DNA of 12,786 nucleotides from Geosiphon pyriformis uo1 (Eukaryota > Fungi > Glomeromycota): positions 328,918-341,703 of the forward strand of contig JAAOMT010000630.1 in the NCBI GenBank assembly GCA_016748015.1, given 5' to 3'. How positions within the stretch are numbered: the first letter of the stretch is position 1; each line of letters opens with the position of its first letter. Positions 1 to 9,237 of the stretch are shown in pieces. The notes under the pieces were generated by a model. That model was given only the letters and a program-made list of their open reading frames with translations, was not told where the DNA came from and searched no databases. The position numbers and the translations under genes are program-made.

Positions 1-515
1 TCTTAGTTCTAGGAATCCAAACCCTATCACGATGCCTAACGACGAAGCCCCCGATCAGCTCAGCTCAGCGATTTTCAATTTCGCCAATTTACCGTTATTG
101 AAAAACCTCAAGGCTTCATCGTACCATTCCCTAAGTACGAAACCTTTCGTCTAGCCATATAAAAATCATTGTCAACGTCCTTATCCTTGTATCTAGGCAT
201 CAAATTCCTTTAATGCCAAAGAATAACTGACTCATTACGGAAAGCTCCCACCACAGGCCTCCACACATTTTATGTTTCGCTTGCCACCTCAACCCTATCA
301 TCAGCATCAAACTCACATATAAACGAATGATCAGAATCTTCAAACAATCTGCACCTTAGGCACTTCACACTTGGGTACGACTTATCGTATGTCTTCTTTC
401 TAACAGCTACCGGGAGAGTCCTGTGTAGAGCTTTCATCCATGTAAGTTCTTAAGCCAGCAGTCTTCAAACCTGTAATTCCGTTGGCCGTGTTGCCATCCG
501 TGTGGCCAAAATATT
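1..515 (-). mobile_element. Degenerate non-LTR retrotransposon (LINE) fragment, C-terminal part of ORF2 with CCHC zinc knuckle
   Basis: Minus-strand translation across frameshifts and stops gives HTDGNTANGITGLKTAGLRTY / WMKALHRTLPVAVRKKTYDKSYPSVKCLRCRLFEDSDHSFIC ... KGFVLREWYDEALRFF ... RHRDRVWIPRTK. A CX2CX7HX3C knuckle lies at 362-315 and an in-frame TAA at 272-270. GC content is clearly higher than the flank, with an abrupt switch to AT-rich DNA near 515. This matches the zf-RVT-type region downstream of LINE reverse transcriptases (from memory, not a search). Confidence 0.8.
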
Positions 516-2227
516 TGGTTATAAAGTAAATCAATTGATTTTTAAGGATTTATATAAAGTATTATTTAATATGTATATTTTTTTTAGCATATTTTTAGGC
601 TGTACTTATAACATTCAAATAAATATAATGTTTTTAAAATATTAATATTAATAATAATTATAAATTCAGTTATAATTATTAATTAAAATAAAAATACAAC
701 AATACAATATATAATTATAATTAAGTAATGTACTATTTGTTTTAATATACAATTAAATTTAAATTAAGACAACTATTTATTTGATATTTTGAAAGTCTTA
801 TTATTTATACATAATTGGAAATCAATAAGATTTACTTTTTTTTAATAACATAACATTAATAGAAAAAATACCAACATGCATAATTTTAAAAAATTATGAT
901 TATAATTCTTTATATTTGAGAATGTTTTAATGAATGTTTATAAATGTGTTTTTTTATTTAAATAATTTTTTATTTACATGTTTTTTTTTTTAAATAATGT
1001 AATTTGTAAAAATACATGTTTTCTAGAATTTTGGTAACAATTATTTGGTAAATTATTTTTGAATTCTTTGTAATAATCTTTGGAAATACATAAATTATTT
1101 TTTTAACATTTGTGTTTTTTTGTTGACACTATTTTTTTAAGTGATATAAAAATTGCTGGTAAAAAAAAAACAAAAAAAATAATGGTATCAAATGTCTTAC
1201 TAAAAGGTTTTATATTATAAAAAAAATTAATATTTATTTCAAATAATAAAATTTCTAAATTATAAATATAATCAGATATGGAAATCTTTTTTTTTGCAAA
1301 TTTTTTCTGTTTATAAATATTTACTTTTTACTTTTATATTTTATCTTTTATATAGTATTAATTTAAAATAATTCCACTTGATTATATTTATTTTTAGTTG
1401 GTATCTGATAAAACTAGATTAAAAATGTAATTTTCAATGAAAATAATTATATATCCTATTTCGCTAGTCGAGAAATTTAAATTAATTATATACTATTTGA
1501 TTAAAGGTCCTCTATTGTCTTGATGCTATTTTTTAATACAAAATAAAGCTGCTTTTCTATATGAATTTAAATTATTCTCATATTATTTATCGATTTCGAA
1601 AAAGATTATACTTTTATAAATAATTAGGTGATCTAAACTTTAGCCATACCTAAAAAAGTGAATAATAAAAAATTTCACTTCTTATTTTGATTTAACTTAA
1701 AATAAGCTTTGTTAATTATCAAAAATTTTCTATCATCAATCAATGGTATACCGCCCACCCGAATTAATTATTCAAAAGATGGAAAAAGTAAACAAGCTCT
1801 AATTATCTTTTTCGTAGAATAGAAATATTATTTCAAATAACTCTTAAAGATAAATTTGCTTAATTTAATCTATTTAATACTTTATAAAGTGATATGAAAT
1901 TGGTAAGAGGAAAGAGAATTATAATAGAAAATATAAAAGAAGACAATAATAAAAAACCCAAATATGGTATATTCAATAACCTTAAATATTAAATTTGGAT
2001 TTAAAATTTATTTAAACTAACAGATTTTTCTATAAAGTTTGAATTTGCCGCATCTTTCTTTACAGTTCTCATCTTTTGGATTAGCATATATTACACTAAA
2101 GATGCAAATTTTAATATAAAAATAGAATTAGCATTTTTTTTAAAAGGTATTTAATTGCACACTTTTAACTTGGACTTTCGAAATATAACAATTATACGTA
2201 TAATTTAGCTATGAAAAACCAAAGTAA

Positions 2228-2251
2228 AATAATAATAATAATAATAATAAT
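2228..2251 (+). repeat. (AAT)8 microsatellite
   Basis: Read directly from the sequence. Confidence 0.95.
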
Positions 2252-2634
2252 CAAAAAATTTCACATAATTTTTCAAAGACATGGATGATGTTTTTTTTTT
2301 GCAATCAAATTTTTGCAAGATTAAACAATTTAACGTGATTTGACTTTATTTTAAACCTCTAAAGTTCCCATTCTGCTAGTTAATTGGTAGCCAGTATATT
2401 TACGATGGAAAAACCGAGATAGGACCTTGGATACAACCCAACAATTCGATATTTTCTTACCATCGTGGAAAAAAGTTAAGTCTTCAAATACTGGAGGTGA
2501 AATAGGAACTAGTCTAATGCCTTAAAATTTCTTATTTTATTTCAATAATACTTCATGACATTGGTTAAATTCAGATACGACTATAATTAATAAATCAATA
2601 TCACAATCTCTATGCGTCGTCTTGGATATATATT

Positions 2635-2660
2635 TCAATAAGCATCAATAAGCATCAATA
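2635..2660 (+). repeat. 10-bp tandem repeat (TCAATAAGCA)x2.6, mirrored at 12761-12786
   Basis: tcaataagca tcaataagca tcaata. Its reverse complement forms the last bases of the window. Confidence 0.9.
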
Positions 2661-2942
2661 ATTCAATCATATATTTTATTTGGTGTTCAACGTTATATTA
2701 ATTATTAGTATATATAAATTTATTAAGAAACCACCGAATTTGGTACAATTCAAAATAACTGATCCTTTGCTTATGTTTCTAAAATAGTCTAATGTGTGCT
2801 ATGGAAGAATAAGATATTCTAAAAACCTATTAAGAAATGGAAAAATTTATGTTATTAGAGTTTATAACGAGCTTAAATTATAATTGGTTCCTATGCAGTT
2901 TTTAATACTAATAAATTTTTATGGTCGAGTTAGATAGCGTAG

Positions 2943-3403
2943 GTAAAGAAATTTAATAAATATACTTGAAGTTTTCATTTCTTAAATTTTTTTTTATTAA
3001 TTAGATATTTGATGAAAATATCCCACCATTTCATAGATTTCACGGAATTTTTGCAAGTAAGCTGTTTAAAAAAACTGATTCCCTTATTTTGTGACTTTTC
3101 AGTCATTTATTTATAAAAACTTTGAAAAATCTTTTCATAGATTCGAATATCATGGTTATGAAAATATTTGGTGGTGCAGTACACTATTATAATGATTTTT
3201 ACATTCTAAACACGTTAGCCTCAGTAATGATATGGTCTTTTCAATCAATGAAAGGACAAATATCCGGTGTAAGATCTGACTTAAGTGTTACTTTAGTAGA
3301 TAAATGTACTAATATCATTATTTTGCATGGTAAGTAAAAAAGATTATTATTATTTGTTTTTCAATTCTAACTATACTTTCTTTTCATGAATATCTTTAAA
3401 AAG
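2943..3403 (+). pseudogene. Possible decayed spliced gene or non-coding spliced transcript upstream of the main gene (unknown product)
   Basis: Three intron-like segments: 2943-3004 (gtaaag...ttag), 3057-3102 (gtaagc...ttcag) and 3330-3403 (gtaagt...ttctaac...aag). I found no continuous reading frame and no recognisable family. Confidence 0.3.
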
Positions 3404-4341
3404 AAACACAACAACTTAGGTTTGGGAAATTTCATTATGCTCTAAAAAACTTAGAATTAACATGATCACCATTTAAATCTTTACTCACATCAAACTCCAC
3501 ATCTCAAAATGTAAAAAGGTATTCTTCTTTCATCATTAACAGTAACAAACATAACTTTAGTAATAAATTTATCAGTTGCAGATAAGAATTTGAAAAAACT
3601 AAATTTGCAAATCTTTAAATTTTTGTTTGAATTTAAATATCATTGTTTTAATATTATTCTCTATACGATTCACTTATCTTAATAATTAGTTTGAAATAAA
3701 AATATTGTGATAATTGTTATTTTATTTATTAAATATATATACATATTAATTTTTTTACTAATAATGCGATAATATGCATCATTTATATAATTATTGTGTA
3801 TCTGAAAGAATTAGATATAGATTCAAGATAAAGTTTATTTATCAATAAAAGAGATAACCTATTAAAATCTTATCTTATAATCGAAATTTAATTAAATATT
3901 ATAGATAATCGCATCCCTGATAATCAACACACAATTACAAATTTTTTCTCTTCAAAGAATAAATAAAATAATCATATTTTAAATTTTTGCTATCAGTTAT
4001 ATAATAACAAAGGTAAAAATGATAAAATTTTATTCCTTTGGTAAAATTGAAGTTGACAGTTATTTTTTTATTGACTAAATTTACTTAAATTTTTTTTTAT
4101 AAACTCTAATCCGAGTTGATTAAATTGAAATTTAAAATAATATTTTTATATATAACCTCACAATAATTTTTTTCATAAATTATAATAATAAATATTTATG
4201 AAATATCTGACATAATCTTAACTATATTTGATTTTAAAATTTCCGATGATAAAATATTTAAAGAATAAAACTTTGGGTAAAACTGAAAAACCAACCTATT
4301 CAAAAAATTATTCTGAAAAGAAAAATAACTTTTTTCGAACA

Positions 4342-7300
4342 ATGAAGCAGTTTTTCTTCGCCGTTTATTTTAATCATTACCTTTTGATTATTTCAATATT
4401 TTTATCTTTTTTCATTTTAGTTATTAAGAGCTCATCAATTAATGAAACAGTATACCCAATTGATTCAAAGGGAATTTATTGGATTGACAAAATAATTTAT
4501 TTCCAGCAAGATGGAACAATTATGTTAGGGTCTCCTTATAATTTTTACAGTTTTTACGCATACTTTAAACTTACACCTAACGGCCAATTGTCTCGAAACG
4601 AAGAAAAAGATTATGGAGATAAGAGTAATATAACTAACATTAATCCTCTTAACTCTAATTATCTTTTAGTAGAATATAAAAATCAAGGCGTAATATACTC
4701 ATGGAATGGAACATTAGTTAAAAGGTTTCTGTTAAATAACTCTTTAAAATAAATCTGCTTAATTTTAAAAATAAAAATTAATATTGATAATGCATAATGC
4801 TTTATCTAGTGGTATAGAATTAGGGCACGGGTCAATAATAAGTACCCAAAATGATAAATTTCTTATTTCGAAAAATAACAATTATAATAATATAGAAATC
4901 GAGTGGACTATTTATAATATTCCGTAAGTTAGTAAATTTAATAAATTTGAAAATATTCAATATATAAATCCCAATAATCTCAACATTCAATTTATATCTA
5001 GGATTGAATCCAATCAAAATATCAAACCAATTTTTGGTCCTAAAAAGTTTGAATTAAAAGGAAATTTAACATCGCATCAACAAGCCAATTCCTCTTTTGC
5101 CACAACTGAAGGAGGCTTTGCATATGCATATATTGTTGATTCTTCCAGTACTAATTTTCCCATTATTCATCTTTTCGGTGTAAAAAAATATTCGCTATAT
5201 GTCATATTTTGGGAGCCAGAAACAACTGAATTTGGCCCTCACTTTCTACTCTATCAATGTGATGCAGATGGTTTGGCGATCGAATCATGTGATTCTCAAA
5301 TAGATGGTTTGGGTTATTATTGTCGCCTATATTATCAATTCATAAAACACCGTGAATTTACGATATCATTTCTTCAAAGTGGAGCAGTGTTAAAATATGA
5401 CACGAATTATGAATATTCTAAAATCAATACCAAGCAATTAGATTTGGGACCTTCATGGGAATATCCACTGCCTTATGGGGGAAAAATTACTGAAACCTAT
5501 CCAGATATTTCAAGATATCAAATTACTTTTAGTGACCAATTTGGAAAACAGAAGGATTCATGGAACAGTTCCAGCTTTTATTCTACTTTATGGATTATCT
5601 TACCAAACAACACTTTCTTAGCTGCTACATTAGGGAAGAACAATATTACAATATATTCCAAGAATTTACCATATTTTTTAAAAAACGGTAAGATTGAATG
5701 GTGATATTTTTATAGAGTTTCATAATTTTAATAATTTTTTATTTGAATAGACACTGGATATGAAAATCCTTTGATCGAAATTACTTACCCTCCTCGTAAT
5801 ACGATAATTCCGTTGGGGTGCCGCGAAATAAATATCACTTATTCTAATGAAATCTCATTATCCAACAACAATAACAACAATATTTATATTTATCAAATCA
5901 ACGAGACTATACCAATTCTAAGACAAACTATCTCTGGAAAGAATTGTCGTGTGGATTCGGATAAGAAAACTATCATAGTAGAAACAGTATTAGAAAGTAC
6001 ATTTAATCAACGGGATAAAGGTTATTCTATAGTCGTCGATAATAATTTTGTAAAAGATGCAAAGTATAAGGAAGCCATTAAAGGAATCCGTAGAAATATT
6101 TGGCAATTTAAAACAGGTAAATGTACATTTTTTATTTTTTTGCTTTCTAGGAAATTCATTTTAAAAATTAATTATTAATTATTCATTCATTCATTCGTTC
6201 GTTCGTTCGTTCGTTTGTTTAGAAGCACGAGAAAGCAAACATGCAGGTAAGAAGGTTTATTGCTTATTTTCTTTTAAAAATATTGAATATCGTTGTCTAA
6301 CTAAAATACATAACGTTTATTGATTTAAGCTACCCTGACTGGACTTTTGCGTCTGAATACAAATGGAACTTCGAATTTCACTAAGGTTAAAAAGGAAAAT
6401 GAGTTTTTCAGAATACTCGAAGATCAATTGGCTTTAACCATTCCAGTCGAAAGGGATCGTATCGAAATCATTAATCATAAGACTGATAAATCAGGATCAG
6501 CAGGTCACGAAATATTACAACTCAAAATATTTTCAATAAACGATAAATTGGAAAGAAATCCCATGGAAATTGCAAATGATCTCTATACAATGGTTAAAAA
6601 TAAATGGCTCAGTCCTATTAGCATTCATTCACATACAAGTTTTTTAGATGAGACTTACGGGTTCAAAGTTAAACGTGAGTTATCATAATTTAATCTTCAA
6701 TATTTGATTTTCTATTAAATTACATATCATCTAATACATGTTTACTTACACTATTTCTTTAGCCAATCTTTGGGAAGAAAATAAATTAAAGTTAATTGCG
6801 ATTGCTGTTATTGCAGTAATATTAATGGCTCTATATTTTATAGGAAGAAAGAAAAATCCCGAGGTATTTAACTTTTTTATAGTTACAATATATTAGAATT
6901 ATTGCTAGTTTGAAATTTAAAATTAAATAAATGTCTAATAACTTTTATAATTTTAGGGTAAAAATTTTATCTTTGTTTCTATTACATTGATTCTAATCGA
7001 TGTTGTAGTCGATATTATATTTGTTATAAATAATGGAAAAGATGTGAGAGATTTATATTTACCAAGGTAATCCTCAAATTTTTCAAATCTTTTGTAAATT
7101 CCTTAAAATTTAAAAAAATCTTATTAATTCTTTTATCAATCAGTATTCTTTTCCTAGTTATATCTTTTCTTTTTAATAGTGGACTAGCAGCGTACATCAT
7201 AATTACAGAGATTACCATAAATGATGAATATGTTTTGTGGTTACAGAAACATGCAAAACCCGCTGCGTTATTTACTCTGCTCTCTGCCGCCAATATTGAT

Positions 7301-7652
7301 GCCCTAAATCTCTTCTATTCGAAATACGCCAATCTTGAACTTTTCAATGCCTCAATATCCAAAAGAGTTGAATATTTAATCTTCTGGGGTAGTGGTATTA
7401 ATATTTTCATTGAAGATATTCCACAATTTATAATTCAGGTACGTTTTAACTAAATGAAATTTTCAATGCTTAATTAGATTAAATATCTTATATAATTATT
7501 TCAAACAGGTTATTTATTATCGAAATACGTTCGCATATAATATTATTCCTTTAATAAGTCTTACTATGAGCTCAATAATTTTGAGCATGAATTTAATTTC
7601 TCGAATTTATTATGTCTTTATTTGGTTCCATGTTCAAAAAAAAAACGGATAA
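4342..7652 (+). CDS. Multi-exon cell-surface receptor-like membrane protein (~855 aa): signal peptide, large ectodomain with Ig-like (SbsA/Big_5-type) module, C-terminal multi-pass domain with XK-like motifs
   Basis: Exons: 4342-4724, 4810-4923, 5002-5687, 5751-6116, 6223-6246, 6330-6674, 6763-6863, 6957-7066, 7144-7438, 7509-7652. They total 2568 nt (855 aa plus TAA), with nine GT-AG introns of 63-106 nt and all phases consistent. The N-terminus is MKQFFFAVYFNHYLLIISIFLSFFILVIKSSS. Exon 4 reads DTGYENPLIEITYPP...INITYSNEISLS...IYIYQ...YSIVVDNNFVKD...WQFKT, which is Big_5-like. Hydrophobic segments: LIAIAVIAVILMALYFIG, FIFVSITLILIDVVVDIIFVI, LYLPSILFLVISFLFNSGLAAYIII, AALFTLLSAANI, YLIFWGSGINIFIEDIPQFIIQVIYY, IIPLISLTMSSIILSMNLISRIYYVFIWF. 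The gene structure is well supported; the domain names are inference. Confidence 0.9.
6181..6220 (+). repeat. Compound tetranucleotide repeat (ATTC)4(GTTC)4(GTTT)2 at the 3' end of intron 4
   Basis: Read directly. It immediately precedes the AG acceptor at 6221-6222. A shorter version lies at ~9584-9619 in the other arm. Confidence 0.9.
6223..6246 (+). other. 24-nt micro-exon (EARESKHA)
   Basis: tttag|aagcacgagaaagcaaacatgcag|gtaag, phase 1/1. It is kept with both splice sites in the second arm (9581-9558, EAGESIHA). Confidence 0.8.
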
Positions 7653-7799
7653 ACCTCAAGAGATGAATGAAAATAAATTCAATGTAAATAGAATTCTAGC
7701 CTTAAATTTAATTCTTTTTTTTTTATTAACTTGTAATTTTTTCATGATTTTTAGAGATTTATATCTTATTAAAATTGAACAGATAAATCAAATTACTTA

Positions 7800-9237
7800 A
7801 GTCATTTAAAAGAATATTATATAAAAAAATCAAAAAAACTTTGCGATTTATAATAATTTAACTTGAAGCAAAATTACTTATTAAGACAATAATTTAGTTT
7901 CCAATTTTAAAATTCTAAAAATAAATTTAAACATATTATTACAGTTGAATTTTCAAATTAGCAAACTTATTCTTATTTCATTTAAATAATTATTTGTTTT
8001 TTATTAATAATATATATTTTAATCATCTTATTTTTAGAATTAATTATTAATTTAATAATTAATCTAATAAATAACCAAATTATTAATCTGATTTTTAACC
8101 AAGTTGTTAATCTAATCATTAATTTGGCTATTGAATTTTTTTTTAAGTCGTAAGAAATTATTTCAAAACTAAAAAATTCAATAATTTTTTTTTAATTTGC
8201 TTAATTGAATGTAGTTTAATTATTATTTATAAAAAGGCTAATTATGTTCTGTTTTAAAGCCACTGTTTAAAAATTTATAACCAGTTCAAACTATTTATAA
8301 TAATTTTTAAAAAGTCATATTTTGTGTAAAAGTCTAATTCCAAATTATTTTTAAATTAAACAATTTATGTTTTTAATTAGTGCAATAAAAAAAAAAAGTA
8401 AGAAATAAATTTTTTTTAAAGTTAATAATTAATTAATTAATTTATAATATAATAGTAAAAAGAGAATTTTTGTTTATTTTTGAAAAAAATATTTTTTTTA
8501 ATAAATTGTATTTATTTTAAATATAAAATAATATTAACTTGAATTGAAATACATTTTTTTTTTAAAAAAAAAGTTTTTTTTATATATATTTTTAAGTAGT
8601 ATTATTTTGAGCTTTAAAATTATTTATTTTTCAAATTTTTTTAAAATAAAAGTAAATTTTAGCAAACTATTAAGAATTTCAACAAAATTTTTTTAATATT
8701 GCAAAGTTTAAAATAATGTATAATTTAATTTCGAAAACTATATAATTTACATTTATAGTTATAGTAATTTAGTAAACAATAAAAAAAAACTACACTTTAT
8801 TAAAATCATTGCTTTGGTAAAATTTATATTAATAAAATCAATAAAAAAATAAAAACAATAATTTAATTATAAAATTTAATAATACTTGTAGATTATACAA
8901 ATTAAATTATTAATAAATAAAAAAAAAAACTATAAAAAATTTAAATAATTAATATTAAAAAAGATTTTTTAAAATTTTAATTATATTATTTTTAATTTAC
9001 ATAAAATATTTGTATATTTTTATGCAAATTATTGAATTTTGAAATTTTGATTTTCAAAAAAATGTAAAATATTTTGGCCATCATTTTATTATATTTTGTT
9101 AATCTATTATTTATATCAAATTTTGAATTAAATATATATTACAAAAACAAAATATTTGTAATTTTTAATAATTAAAATATGATTCAAAAATTAAAAACCC
9201 GATAAAAAATATTTAAATATTTAATTAAATTTAAAAG
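7800..9237. other. Extremely AT-rich non-coding spacer between the convergent gene copies
   Basis: No ORFs in the track, many A/T homopolymers, and no recognisable element. Confidence 0.8.

Larger units (their letters stand above)
2635..6540 (+). repeat. Left arm of a long inverted duplication (at least 3.9 kb)
   Basis: Reverse-complement match to 12786-9263. Anchors: 2635/12786, 4044/11233, 4696/11099, 6330/9473, 6540/9263. The paired ORFs in the track (3122/12299, 5273/10522, 5771/10032, 6347/9456) confirm it. Confidence 0.97.

Noticed and set aside
2635-2660. Short repeats as a CRISPR array or telomere
   Set aside because: There are no spacers, only 2.6 units and no telomeric motif, and the context is eukaryotic.
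4228-4341. TTG-initiated N-terminal extension of the 174-aa ORF
   Set aside because: This is a eukaryotic locus. ATG 4342 directly precedes the hydrophobic signal segment, and the upstream Lys/Asn-rich part looks like UTR.
4832-5017. 61-aa minus-strand ORF and its identical mirror at 10778-10963
   Set aside because: It lies antisense to exon 2 and intron 2 of the real gene. The identity is explained by the duplication.
7024-7293. 89-aa minus-strand ORF
   Set aside because: It is a shadow ORF antisense to exons 8-9 and intron 8.
5273-7453. Series of separate small ORFs resembling a bacterial operon
   Set aside because: They join through phase-consistent GT-AG introns into a single gene.
7612-7800. 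62-aa ORF as an independent gene
   Set aside because: It overlaps the last exon in another frame and runs through T-rich intron-like or UTR sequence.
8554-8572. T10A9 palindrome and other A/T runs in the spacer
   Set aside because: Low-complexity sequence like this is expected at this AT content.
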